Origin: Octopus bimaculoides
Taxonomy: Eukaryota
DNA length: 64,000 bases
NCBI RefSeq assembly: GCF_001194135.2
Contig: NC_068986.1
Span: forward strand, 1,617,296-1,681,295
Direction of reading: 5' to 3'
Numbering within the stretch: the first letter of the stretch is position 1; each line of letters opens with the position of its first letter. The notes below the pieces were generated by a model that saw only the letters and a list, made by a program, of their open reading frames with translations, ran no database searches and was not told the origin of the DNA. Of this stretch, positions 11,561 to 24,551 are shown one piece after another. The translations under genes were made by a program, and so were the position numbers.

Positions 11561-12217
11561 AGCTATGCACAACCACACACACATACACCCATCACATACT
11601 TCCTAACATATAAACATACACGTGCTTCTTGAAATTTGAAATCCCTCCTTCCAAATCCACTTATAAGTCTTTAGTCAGCCTGGGGCTATAGTAGAAGGCA
11701 CTTCCACTACAGCTCCAGAAACCCAGTGGTAGAGAAGTGAAATCCTTAATCATACAGCTATGCCCGCACCTACACACACACATACACACAAACAGATATA
11801 TATATATATATATATATAAGATATATAAATGTGATTGTGTGTGTATATATACACACATATACATATTTATAGATGTGTGTGTGTGTGTGCGTGCGTGCGT
11901 GCACGTGGCGTTGCTGTGTGGAATATTTACATACCTACTTGTATTAGGAATAAAAATATTTAGGCACCACTCTTGATATTTTATGAGATGTCAGTTATTT
12001 CCATAATCTGAAGTGAGTTGTATTAAAGCTAATAATAGCAAATAATGATGATGATGATGATGATGCGCTGACAATGACAACAATGACGACGGTGATACTG
12101 AAGATGATGATGATGACGATGATGGTGACAAGGGCATCAACGTAGTCTTAGGCAGGAAGAGATATTAAAATTCAATTTCTTATTTGTGACTCAATAAAAT
12201 CACATTGAAATAGTAAA

Positions 12218-12360
12218 TTGGCAGCATCTTTAGAGTGTTTGGACAAAATACTTTTTTTGGTATGTGTTCCAATCATCTCCATTCTGAGTTCAAATTCTGC
12301 CAAGGTTAAGCTTGCTTTTTGTCTTTCTGTGGGGTTGATAGAATAAAGCATCAATCTAGC
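12218..12360 (+). mobile_element. SINE family B, degenerate
   Basis: TTCTGAGTTCAAATTCTGCCAAGGTTAAGCTTGC...GGGGTTGATAGAATAAAGCATC. Confidence 0.7.
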
Positions 12361-12722
12361 ATAATGACTTGTTAGAATTACCAGAGTCTTGAATAACATG
12401 CTTTAAAGCCTTGGTTCCAGCTCTTTCTTTGTGTTCTGATTGCCCAGGGAAGTGTAGCAAATTTATCCTTATCTAAGCAACAAGAGAGGTCTAGGAAAAA
12501 ATATTTGGTTTAACGTTCATGTTTCCATGCTTGTATGGGTCAGACAAAGTTTATTGAAGCAGATTGTATATGACCTGAAGCTTTTCCTGTTGCCAACCTT
12601 TACCTGTTTCCAGGATATTGGAAATGATTGACTCTGAATGACAGTGACACTCATTTACAATTAATGTCCAGACAAAGAGGCATAGTCATACTCACACATA
12701 CATAAATTTATAAAGATATATA

Positions 12723-12770
<48 letters not shown>

Positions 12771-12861
12771 CATATATGTACATATATAGAGAGATAGATA
12801 GATATTGACTCATATATATACATACATATATACATACACACACACATATATATATATATAC

Positions 12862-13015
12862 ATGGCAAGCTTCTTTCTGTTTCCATTTACCAAATCTAGT
12901 TGCAGAGCTTTGTTTGGCCTAGAACAGTATAGTCGACAACACTTGCCGTGCAGTGAGAATGAACCCAAGCCCACACAATTGCAAAGTAAACTTCTTAGTC
13001 ACACACCTGTGTCTG
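12862..13015 (-). mobile_element. SINE family A 5' half, degenerate
   Basis: CTTCTTTCTGTTTCCATTTACCAAATC...CACTTGCC...AAACTTCTTAGTCACAC; similar copy at 14343-14490. Confidence 0.7.
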
Positions 13016-13644
13016 TTCTATTTCAGCCAAGTTTCAAATTACCGATTTCAATTACATCCAATTAAAATGTTTATCAAAGAAAGAGGAAGAGAGAGCAAAA
13101 ATGACAATATTCTTGAAGATTAGACTGAAGTTTTTAAATAAACATATTCATTTCAGAAAGATAATTAAAAATTATAATTAAAAACTTTTTCATAATAGAA
13201 ACATATGACATTAGAGTACAAAATGTTAAACAGTACAATCTATGGAAGAGATATCTAAAGATGTAAACATATAAGAACTGACAATAATGTAGAGAGTACA
13301 TCATCATTATCTCCTCCTCCTCCTCCTGGAGGGTTGGTGATAGGAAGAGTATCTGACTTTTAGAAAATCAGCTTCAACAAATTCTGCCTGACCAAAACAA
13401 ACACGGAAAAGTGAACATTAAAATGGTGATAATAATGAAGATATACATAGATATCTTCATGTTTATACATGAAATCACCTGAAGAAATGAATCCATGAAA
13501 ATGATTTGCCTGAGGCCCACGGATACCACAGACTACTCTGTGATCATTCTAGGAATACAGACTGTGACCTTAAGAGACATGTGAATTGGGGAAACACATG
13601 TAGTGATACATTAAAATATTTATAAAGTCTGTCCAAGGATTATT

Positions 13645-14182
13645 CATCATCATCATCATCATTATCATCATCATCGTTTAACGTCCGCCTTCCATGCTAG
13701 CATGGGCTGGACGATTTGACTGAGGACTGGTGAAACCCAAAAGCTACACCAGGCTCCAATCTGATTTGGTAGAGTTTCCACGGCTGGATGCCCTTCCTAA
13801 CACCAACCACTCCAAGAGTGTAGTGGGTGCTTTTACGTGCCACCGGCACGAAGGCCAGTCAGGCAGTACTGGCAATGGCCACACTCAAAATGGTGCATTT
13901 TATGTGCCACCCGCACAAGAGCCAGCCCAGGGGCACTGGCAACGATCTCGCTTGAAAGTCCTTACACATGCCACGGGCACAAGTGCCAGAAAGGCGACGC
14001 TGGGCACAGGTGCCATCACGATTTCGCTTTCGCTTGCCCCAATAAGTCTTCACAAGCTGAGTTTCATGTCCAATGAAGGAGACGACGTTGGCATGGGTGC
14101 CAGTCGTCGAATTTAGTTCGGCTTTGATTTTGATTTCACTTGCCTCAACAGGTCTTCGCAAGCGGAGTTTAGTGTCCAATCC
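13645..14182 (-). mobile_element. Family D SINE-like element with (GAT)n tail, long CpG-retaining copy
   Basis: Reverse complement ends GTTAGGAAGGGCATCCAGCCGTGGAAAC...CATGCTAGCATGGAAGGCGGACGTTAAACGATGATG; 5' part contains two ~95-bp internal subrepeats. Confidence 0.85.
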
Positions 14183-15014
14183 TACGTTATATCAGTACAC
14201 TCTGATGCAACCCACAAAAAATGGTTCACTCGTCAACATCATTGTACTGTGGCTGGCATAATGGAATCGGAGCTTTATTTGCATATTAAATATGTTTCCT
14301 GTAAACAAATTTAAAAGATACATATATATATATATATATTTACATATTTCTGTCTACCAAATCCACTCTACATTTGGTCAGCCCAGGTCTATAGTAGTAG
14401 ACACTTGCCCAAGATGGTGCACAGTGGGGGTTGAACCTGAAACTACATGGTTGTAAAATGAACTTCTTAACCATACTGTGTCTGTGTGCCTATACTCTTA
14501 AAACTAGATAATAATGAAATTACCAGCTAAAATCCAATTAAGATACTAATGTAGTTTAGCAAACAGTTTTATTTGGAATATTGATTAAATAAATGAACAT
14601 AAGAATATTTACATTGAAGGAGATGTAAAACTTGAAAATATTATCAATCCATACTCTTAGTTCATTCATATTTATCAGCAAAGTTACTGAGGTTACATAA
14701 GGAAATGCTTGAATACCAAGTTGAAAGAGTCACTCTGTCTTTCACAAAAACAACAACAACAACTGAACTGATTTTGTAGACAAAAGAAACAAAAAATGCA
14801 GAATAAATTGATAAAAATAGTTTTATTCTATTATAATCACAGAATGGGGAAATCTATATACTCTCTATTTGCCAATAAATTAGTTGGACTGTGACAAGTC
14901 TAATCAATAAGCTAAAATTATTGATATATATGAAATGGCTTTAATTTTGGTTGGTATGAAGGAAGTTGTATAAAGCATAGTGAGATGTTACTCAGTGTGC
15001 ATGTGTGTGTGTGT

Positions 15015-15064
<50 letters not shown>

Positions 15065-15574
15065 AGAGAGAGATACTGATAAAGTAGAACTTTTAAATTT
15101 GGAGACAGACAAAGGTTTACAATGTGTGATGTTAGTGTTCAACGAAACATTGCTATCAAATATGGCTAAATAAGTGGTTCTAGACTTTATGTAGCTCAGC
15201 ACCATATTTCACAGAGCAGCAATTTATGAATTCTCTCTTTTCGTGTTTTCTTTTATCTTTTACTTGTTTCAATCACTGGAGCTTCTTAACCACACAGTAA
15301 TAACCAGACTAATGCAAAAAAACCCCCAAAAAACAAACAAACACAAGCAAAAAACCATCTACAAGCACAGAAACTAATTCTTTTATGTAATGGTTTATCA
15401 TCCATTCATTGTACTATCACATCCAGCATATTTACCTTTTTCGATATTTGCATGGACTAAGCAACTAAGTTAAATTTTTATGGATATTACTAAAGGAGGA
15501 GAGGAAATTATATTGGCCCCTATCATGTCATCAGTTTCTGCTCACTGAGAACACACTGTCCTACGAATATCAGC

Positions 15575-15765
15575 TTCAAATTTTGGTACTGGGCCAGCAG
15601 TTTCGAGGGAGAGGGGTAAGATGATAACATTGACCCCCAGTGTTCAACAGGTATTTATTTTACTGACCCTGAAAGAATGAAAGGCAAAGTTGATCCTGGC
15701 AGCATTTGAACTCAGAACATAAAGTCAAGAGAAATATGGTGTAAAGCATTTTTTCCAGCACACTT
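15575..15765 (-). mobile_element. SINE family B, degenerate
   Basis: GACCCTGAAAGAATGAAAGGCAAAGTTGATCCTGGCAGCATTTGAACTCAGAAC is the reverse complement of the family B core. Confidence 0.75.
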
Positions 15766-15804
15766 CAAAAGTGTTGCAACTGATTTATTGAAGGTGCTCA
15801 ACGT

Positions 15805-15965
15805 AGCAGCTGGGGAGTTGCACTTACGATTGCAAGAGCGTGATTTTGATTCCCAGTGTGTTGTGTTCTTGAGCAGAACACCTCATCTCATGTTGGTCTG
15901 CAGTAACTTTGATATCTGACATGTGGCACACCATGTACAGGCAGTGTTGATCTGATGGACGGAGT
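15805..15965 (+). mobile_element. SINE family C, degenerate
   Basis: CACTTACGATTGCAAGAGCGTGATTTTGATTCCC...GTGTTCTTGAGCAGAACACCTCATCTCATGTTG. Confidence 0.65.
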
Positions 15966-15990
15966 GAGCTAATGTACACAAAGAATATTT

Positions 15991-16272
15991 ATTCTTTTAT
16001 TCTTTTACTGTTTCAGTCATTTGACTGCGACCATGCTGGAGCACTGCTTTAAAGGTTTTTTTCTTTTAGTCAAACAAACTGACCCCAGGACTTAGTCTTT
16101 GTAAGCCTAGAACTTATTCTATCGGTCTCTTTTGCCAAACCACTAAGTTTAAGGACACAAACACACCAGCATCGGTTGTCATGGAGGTGGGGATAAACAC
16201 AGATACACACATAAATATATACATACATACAACGTACATACATACATATATATATACATAATATATATATAC

Positions 16273-16312
<40 letters not shown>

Positions 16313-16418
16313 TTTTGTTTGGCCCAAAGCTATAGTAGAAGACATCTGCCCAAGGTGCCATGCAATGGGACTGAACCCGGAACCATGTGGTTGAGAGGGA
16401 AGTTTCTTACCCCACTGC
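15991..16418 (-). mobile_element. SINE family A, near full length with internal (TA)n
   Basis: 3' end GTTTCAGTCATTTGACTGCGACCATGCTGGAGCAC, central microsatellite, head CCCAAGGTGCCATGCAATGGGACTGAACCCGGAACCATGTGG. Confidence 0.9.
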
Positions 16419-16616
16419 AGGTTGCTCAACAAAAGTTTGCAGAACCCTCATCTGTCGTCAACAACATGAGTGTCTATCACCACCACCACCACCACCATTG
16501 TAATATGAATTTGCCGAAAACCCAATGTCCGTCATTAAACTGCACTGACGTTTGCAGTCGCCTCGTGAACTTAAAACGTCCTCCTGAATGTTGATAAGAA
16601 TAAGAGTTTGATCTCT

Positions 16617-16648
<32 letters not shown>

Positions 16649-17019
16649 TTTGGAAGAACAAACAATTAAAAGAGTACAACATACATGTATTAGAGTTCAT
16701 TTATTTATTCAAAGTTGATGATTCACTTCATTAAAGCAGCAAAAGGAGATAAAAACTATTTGCTACTTGAAAGGTTTGCAATTAATAAAAGACTTTAAGG
16801 AGCAATGGAATGAAATCACCAGCAGCTAACAGTTTTGAGTGCATGAATGAATAAATGAACGAATCAATCAATAGATGTATACACACAGTCACACAAATAT
16901 ACTTATATTTACACCTATTTCTGTGCCTCTTTATAACCTCTCGTCACTTGGTACAAACCTTACACCTACAATACTACTTTCCACTCTGTTAAAGGGTCTT
17001 GTCTTGCAAGTAACTGGGT

Positions 17020-17225
17020 GACCTTACTGTTGCTAGTGCTATGCAAAAAGCCCCCTGGCACACTGTAAAATGGTTGGCACTAGGAAGGGCATTCAGTGAT
17101 AGAAATTATGTCAAAGGAAACAACAGAGCTTGGTGCAGTCCTCTGGCTTCCAGCTGCTTCAAACCATCCAACTTATGCCACCATGAAAAGTGAATGTTAA
17201 ATGATGATGATGATGATGATGATAA
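17020..17225 (+). mobile_element. Family D element, old copy
   Basis: GGTTGGCACTAGGAAGGGCATTCAG...GAATGTTAAATGATGATGATG tail; similar copies at 31260-31435 (+) and 34798-34965 (-). Confidence 0.75.
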
Positions 17226-17504
17226 ATATATACAAATATATACATATAAATAGAAATGCATTTTCAAGCTTTTGTATGTTCTAAAATATGCTTTGCGGCC
17301 TTAGAAAGTGAAAAACCAACACATTTTAGAGTGAAATAACACTACTTTGCATTCAATGTCAATAAAAGAAGTGAAATATTTCAAATTTTCTGTTTTCACA
17401 CTTCAGTTACTGAAAAAACGAGTAAATTTTCATTGTTACTAATTCAGTATAAGAGTCAAATCTACAAAGAAGCATGTTGAAGTACATCATGATAAGAATG
17501 AGCA

Positions 17505-17669
17505 AAGCAGCCAGTTCTCACTTCTCATACCTACCCTACAATGTTATTCCAATAATATACAATGACATCATTGAAATTTCAAAGCTATAAGTAAAGTACG
17601 ATAAATCAAAAATGATGTGAATAAATAAGCATTACTTTTGACAGAGTAATCTGGATGCTAAAAGGTTAA
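17505..17669 (-). mobile_element. piggyBac-like MITE (family F), partial
   Basis: Ends ...TTTGACAGAGTAATCTGGATGCTAAAAGG|TTAA, the reverse complement of the family F start. Confidence 0.7.
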
Positions 17670-18204
17670 AAGTGGTGAGAATACACAGAGAGAGAGATAT
17701 AGAAATACTAAAGACTTGGGGTAGTAAAACTGATTGAGTTTTGTTAGCTTTCTCAGTACAGTTGCCATAACTATCACTCAACATGTTTTACCATTCTTGT
17801 ACAAATCAGACAAATTCAATTTGACAATGTATTCTTTTCACTAAACCAACTTGCAGTTCCCCAACTACATACCTCAATGTTGTTTGAATTCCTTGAAGGA
17901 CAGTCAAATGTTGTCTTAAAATAACTTGCAGAGAGGTTAGTAAAGAATTGAAGTTTATTTTCAAACTGTACGTTTGTCTTTTATTGTTTTCTTTATAAGT
18001 GTGCTTTTTGTTTTAATTTTTATTGTGTTTATGAGAGTGTTTTTCTCTATGTACGCACATAAGTGTGTAGTTTCATGATTTTTAATTAAAGTATTGATTA
18101 AATCCAGCATTTGCCTGTGATGGAGAATTGCATATAAACCACTGGAAATTCGTATAATTTGAATTGCATCATTTCATCTAATGCATTCAACAAATTTGGT
18201 AACA

Positions 18205-18278
18205 TACAAATATAAATACACATACATACATACATACATACAAACAAACATACATACATACATATAAATACATGTAGG

Positions 18279-18312
<34 letters not shown>

Positions 18313-18326
18313 TGCATATATATATA

Positions 18327-18382
<56 letters not shown>

Positions 18383-18406
18383 CACATACATACATATATA
18401 TATATA

Positions 18407-18446
<40 letters not shown>

Positions 18447-18555
18447 CACATACATATATATACATATACACATACATACATATACATATACACATACATA
18501 CATATATATATATATATACCTCAGGATATATATATGCTTGTGAGTGTGTAAACAA

Positions 18556-18596
<41 letters not shown>

Positions 18597-18600
18597 TGTA
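18205..18600. repeat. Compound (TACA)n/(TA)n/(CA)n microsatellite field
   Basis: Directly visible; comparable fields at 12715-12860, 48720-49030, 54559-55110, 55480-55795. Confidence 0.95.
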
Positions 18601-19039
18601 AGAATGCATATAGATTTAGTATGCAGCAAAGCTGGAGAGGCTCTTAAAAGTAATTAATTATTTAATTCATTAACTTCAATTTACAATGATCAAAACTCCA
18701 ACCTCACATCTACCATTAACATGACTTACCGCTAACATGACGAGACAAGAGTGGATTTTAGTGCATTGCTCTCTATATAACCATCCAGAGTATTTATTGA
18801 CTTCTTCATCTTCTGCGTCCTCTTCTTCATCTTCCTCCTAGTTTTCTATTTCTTCTTCAGCTTCCTCTTCTTCTTCATGATATTGATGATGACAATCATC
18901 ATCATTTTTATTGTATTCTTCTCCACCAGCTTCTTCTTCTTCTTCTTTTTGTCCATCATCATCATCATCACCACCACCACCACCACCACCTTTTTTTCTC
19001 CTTCTTCTTCTTCTTCTTCATCAGCATACTCTCCTACAC

Positions 19040-19374
19040 AAGTTTTGGGTCTTTGAGTTTTGTCCACCTGTGTGGCACCTTGAGGTAAACGTCTTCTACT
19101 GTAGGCCTAAGATGACCAATGCCTTGGTAGATGGAAACTGGGAGGAAGCCCATCATATATATGTAGACATATGTACATATGAACATACACACACCCACAC
19201 ACATATATACATACATATATGTATGTATGTCTGCAATGTTTGCAGTTGTGTATGCTTATCAAGAGCAGGGCTCATTAGCCACCAACGGAGCCGTAAATGC
19301 AAAATGTAAGTTAGTATTAGAGCGCAGAATGTTCCTGAAGGTCAGCAATGGTCTTCCTCGGTCACGAGTGGACG

Positions 19375-19458
<84 letters not shown>

Positions 19459-19690
19459 ACTGTATTGGTGTCTTTGTGTTTGTCTTTGTTACCTACAGTC
19501 ACTTGTCAGCTGGTGTTGGTTTGTTTACATCCCTGTAATTCCTGCAACTTAACAGTTTGGCATAAGAAACTGATAGAATAAGTACCAGACTCAAAAAATG
19601 GGCCCGATTTGTTCAACTAAAAAACCCTTCTAGGCATTGCCCCTCCATGATCGCAGTCCAATGATTAAAACAAGAAAAGAACGTAAAAGC
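19040..19690 (+). mobile_element. SINE family A, interrupted by an RTE 3' end
   Basis: 5' body (TGTGGCACCTTGAGGTAAACGTCTTCTACTGTAGGCC...GATGGAAACTG) and 3' body (GATAGAATAAGTACCAGAC...GCAGTCCAATGATTAAAACAAG) flank the insert. Confidence 0.75.
19226..19447 (+). mobile_element. RTE-clade LINE 3' terminus (C2H2-like C-terminal motif, 3' UTR, (AT)n tail)
   Basis: Translates YVCNVCSCVCLSRAGLISHQRSRKCKM* (RTE-type CxxCxxxCLSRxGLxSH); CpG-rich UTR ending GGACGGCCATC then (AT)n. Confidence 0.75.
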
Positions 19691-21378
19691 TGACCACCCA
19701 AAATGCGACCACCCTTGGTTGTCTTATACAGAACTTCTCTTTTTAAAGTGTTTTGAATGTCAATTAAAATATTCTGATCTAATGTCAAGAAAGAACTCTT
19801 TGTTCGGCTGTATCACAAGCACCAGCTTCATAATGAATACAGTAACTATTTCAATGAAATCCTTCATTACTTTCAGATTTTTGATTACTTTATAAAATTA
19901 ATTGAAACAGAGGAGCAGTGTATTTCATTAGGAAATATGGTCATGCAAAAAATCTGATAAGTTCTGCAATAAGAACCATTTCTTGCTCGCATAGATTACC
20001 AAAAAACAATATTTGCTTTTTTAAAGAAATCATTGACATTGTCATCATTATTGTTGTCATCGTCATCATCGTCATCATCATCATCATCATCATCATCACC
20101 ATCATGACCATAACCATCACCTTCACCGTCACCACCACCACCACTGCCATCATCATCATCATTATCGTGATCATTATTACCGTCACCATCATCATCATCA
20201 TCATCATGACCATCACCTTCACCACCACCACCACCATTATTATTACTGTGGTTTCTTTCACTGCCAGATATAGCATTACAGAAACTTACAGAATTTCTGA
20301 AGAGCGGGGGGAGGGGGGGGAAGACAATAACAAAAGAACAACAATAATAAAAAAATAGAAGCCAATGAAAGGTTTCAGTAAATAGTTTACATAAGGATAT
20401 TAAGCAACTTATGATTGAGTCTATGAACTGTATAATACACACACAAGTGTATACATACACACACACACATAAAAACATGCACACACACACACACAAACAC
20501 ACGTACACACATACACGTGCACAAACGCACAAACACATACAACCACACATGGTACTTAGTATTGAAAATTATGAGTTTTTGAAACACGACAAAATCAAGA
20601 ATATATACACTCATGCATATACATATACAGTGAGACACACACACATATACGCAGATATATATACATACATATATATATATACATGTTTGTATGTATGTAT
20701 GTATGTATGTATATGTGTATGTGTGTGTGTGTGTGTGTTTATGTGTGTGTGTATGTATGTATGTATGTATGTTTGCATGTGTGTATATTACTACTTCACT
20801 TGTTGAAGATCAATATTATTCTATTTTAGAATCAGAAAATTGGACTTTTGATGGACTACTGGTTCTGCTTAGATCTCTTCTGGCAGAGCAAGCTGCAGTC
20901 ATTCCAACACTCGGTGCTTTGATCAAACCTTGAAATTATTTCAAGACTGATGACGATAACAACAATAACTGTAATGATAGCAATGATCATTATGATGTTG
21001 ATGGTGATGAGGATGGAGGTGGTGGTGGTGGTGGTGGTGGTGATGATGGTGATAATGATGATGATAGAAATGATGACAATTATGGTGAATTTGTTTATCA
21101 AATTCAAAAGAATCAACAGAAGTGTTATTTATACATCGTTTGTTATTTCCTTCATCCAAAATATAGGAAGATGCTTGGAATTTTATTTGATATTAGGCAG
21201 GACATAACCATGATCATCCGGCTTAAAGTCTGGCTTTTCCTCCTCCTAATCATCACCATCAGCACCACCATCACTGGCAGCAGTGGCAGTATTGTTGTTG
21301 TTATATTATTGTTTTATTTGTGTCAGTCATTTGACAGCGGCCATGCTGGAGCGCTGCCTAGAAAAGATTAACTTGGAC

Positions 21379-21450
21379 TGCCATGACCAGGATTTGAACC
21401 TGAGTTATCATGGTCACAACATGGGGTCCTAATCACTAGGCGATATATAC
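21379..21450 (-). pseudogene. tRNA-His(GTG) pseudogene
   Basis: gtatatATCGCCTAGTGATTAGGACCCCATGTTGTGACCATGATAACTCAGGTTCAAATCCTGGTCATGGCA: 72 nt, GTG anticodon in TTGTGAC loop, T-arm TCAGG/CCTGG pairs, but 5' acceptor strand is lost and differences from invertebrate tRNA-His are mostly CpG/transition changes. Confidence 0.85.
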
Positions 21451-21540
21451 CGTATGTTGGAGAGCACTATATTTCAAGAAATTAATAGCTGAAGTTACTT
21501 TTGTTGCCAATAAAATGGTTCTCTTTCACTCTCTCTCCCT

Positions 21541-21582
<42 letters not shown>

Positions 21583-23313
21583 CAATGTTAATTCTCTAAA
21601 TGAAGTATTAACAGTAACTATATATATATATACACACACAACATACATGTATTGAGAGTTAAACATATTTCTAAAGTGTGTGATAGTGCATGGTGATAAG
21701 AAAAAAAGATTGAGTAAAGATGATTTGTTGATGATTCCGTGGGTGAATGACAGTAAGTTATGTAAAATGTTGGCCAACACAGAGGTGAGATATCTATAAA
21801 TATTGCAGGTGTTATAAACGGTGAGATAGATATTTATAAAATATTTTTGGAAAAAGGAATGATAAGAGAACAATGAGAATGGATAACACTTGCTGGATGA
21901 AAATGTGATGCAAATTGATGGTGGAATGTAGCCAATAGGCCTTAAAAACATTTCGTACTATGCTACAGACCTGCTTGATCCATTTCATGATAATGACACA
22001 AAATATTAAGCCTTTAAAATAATCATTTGTTATCTTTCCCTTCTTGATATATCTGTGATCTTAAAGCCTCCAACTTGTAATTTTTCTTTAAATAATAAGT
22101 CTTCTTACAAACTGCTCCTTTTAATTCTTCTTTTTCTGGTTTTTTTTTTTTTTTTTTTTTGTTCTGAAAGAGGAAGTGTTTGGGTCTATGACCTACACAA
22201 AATTGATGGTTGCAAGAAAGACTCGAGAAGGAAGAAACTTCAGAGAGCTGACATTCTGGAGAGGAATGATTAGCCCCAATAGTTAATATGACGCCAATGA
22301 TAAGACAACATGGATGACAAAAAGAGGAACAAGGGAGTAATCCTCGGAGTAAAGACTTGGTTTGGATCCTTGCATTAGATTAATAAACGAACGTTAGACA
22401 ACGGGTTAAGTCTACCAGCTACAATGGCTCCTGCAATACAGTCTTTCACACAGTTTGCATCAACCACATTTCACCTCCAAAATGTGTTTGTCCAAATGTT
22501 ATGGGAGAAGACAGGAAGTGGCATGCAATGTAATTGAACCCCAAACAACCATACTTCCATCCACTGGATACTGGACCAAATGCATTAAAAAAGAGAGTTG
22601 GCTTAATAGATTCTAAATGCGAATGTTTTTGGACTGGTTTTTTTTTACTATTCTTCTCGAGTCATTAAAAGAAATATAAGACATCTATTAGGATTCAATC
22701 TACATACTATATTCCATATGCTATGAGAGAAAAAGGTAGAAAAAGGTACTTTTGGAATTTGACGAAACTGGTGATGACCTGTCTGTAATAACTAATAAGT
22801 CCATAGCATAATTTTATATGCACAATTTCTGCGAGGAGTGAAAAAAGCTAATTCTTTTTGTTTCAATAAGTGGAAAATGGACAGAGATACTTCTGAATAA
22901 GTGCAGATAGTGTCAAGAAACATTATTCTGTCATTTCTGCAAGTAGAAATCTACAAAAAATAGTAACTGAATAAAGCAGTAGGGTAATAATAGCTTCAAC
23001 CTATTGCAATTGCTTTTGTATTGAATATGGCTTCCATTTTTCAGCTCTATTTACACTTGTAAACACATACAAAAAAAAAAAAAAGTGTAACATTTTGGGT
23101 GATACTCTTTATCTGTTTCTTTTGACATATTTATTTTCAGTTTATACTTCTTTTGGTTGTTATTTTTTGTTTTATATTTCTACACTTTTTCAGTCAAGCA
23201 CTTTCATTTGTTTGATATCATGTATTATATTGCCTCCTCTTTGCTTTATAATCTTACTTGTGTTATCTCTGTGATATTTATCTATCGCTCTGTATGTGTG
23301 TGTNNNNNNNNNN

Positions 23314-23345
<32 letters not shown>

Positions 23346-24551
23346 GTTGCACAGTGTAAAGTCATTGTGAAATCAAATTTAACTGAATGTTAATAAAAGA
23401 CCTAAAAATATTAAGAAGCGTAATTCTTCTCATCTATTTTCAATGGAATAAAACATTCCACACACTGAATAAGATATCCATCCATTAGTATAGAATTGAT
23501 AAAAAGAAACTAACAACAAAACCTCTTTGAATATGCGATATCTCAGAAGAAGAGCACAAACCCAATACGTTAGATTTTCTTGCTTCTTACAGCATTTGAA
23601 CTTATTGAACTTTTCTGTGAATATAAAATAGCCTTGCACTGAAACCAAAATAAATCAATATATTCACTGACTTAAGGAACTCTAGCAGAGGGGAAAAAAA
23701 GTTTTTCTGGTTAAAAGAACAGTATTTTCGAGTTTCATATGTAGTAATTTCCAAAGAAAGAAATGCAATAAACTGTAATGTATTCATGCAAAAATATTGC
23801 ATTAAATGCACTGTAGTTGCACTGAATAACATCTTAAATGAATTTAATAGATAAATATTTTGAATTAATAAAATACATAAATAATTTAATCTAAAATCAG
23901 AGTTTAATGAAATAAATTTGAAATAAAATATGGAAATATAATAATGAAATTACATGATGTTGGTATTCAGCCCTGGGTCAGCTTTCAGCAAGTAACCTTA
24001 TGATGAAAAATGTTGAAGCTGTGACCATCATATTTTGCTTTCTTTTCTTTTCGTTTTAAACAGGTTATATCGTGGACTACATTATTTAACGTAGTCCGGG
24101 ATAAACCCTACTTAAAATTACTAAAATTATACATTATTTATTATATCCTTCCCTTTCTAATAGTGTAGGATGTGATTTCGAGGTGATTTGGCTGCTATTC
24201 CTAGTAAGTCAATTGTTGTTATAGCTGTTGTTTGTAGGAGTGTTGGTGTTGATAGTAGTGGTGGTGGTGGCTATGAAGGTGGTTGTAGTAATAGTAGTAA
24301 CACTGATAGTTGGTGTTCTTGTTTAGCCCCAGGTCAGCCATGATCAGCAAACTTAAGATCAAAGCTTTTCCAACCATGACAATCTTGTTTTTTTTTTTTT
24401 CATTCTTTACTGGAAAAGTGTATTCAAGACTATACTATTTTATATGTTCGTTTTTTACTTCTATTTCCAGCAGGTCTACTAGAGGTTCTCTTGTTAGTAG
24501 TGACTGTGTATAAGTATTATACATGACATGGTTCGGGGGGGNNNNNNNNNN

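Noticed and set aside
13730-14179. Overlapping 79-128 aa ORFs on both strands
   Set aside because: Entirely inside a GC-richer family D repeat; long ORFs are expected from composition.
19246-19305. Apparent + strand 60-nt exon (VYAYQEQGSLATNGAVNAK) with AG/GTAAGT borders
   Set aside because: A different frame gives the RTE C-terminal motif followed by a LINE UTR and tail; better explained as a retroelement.
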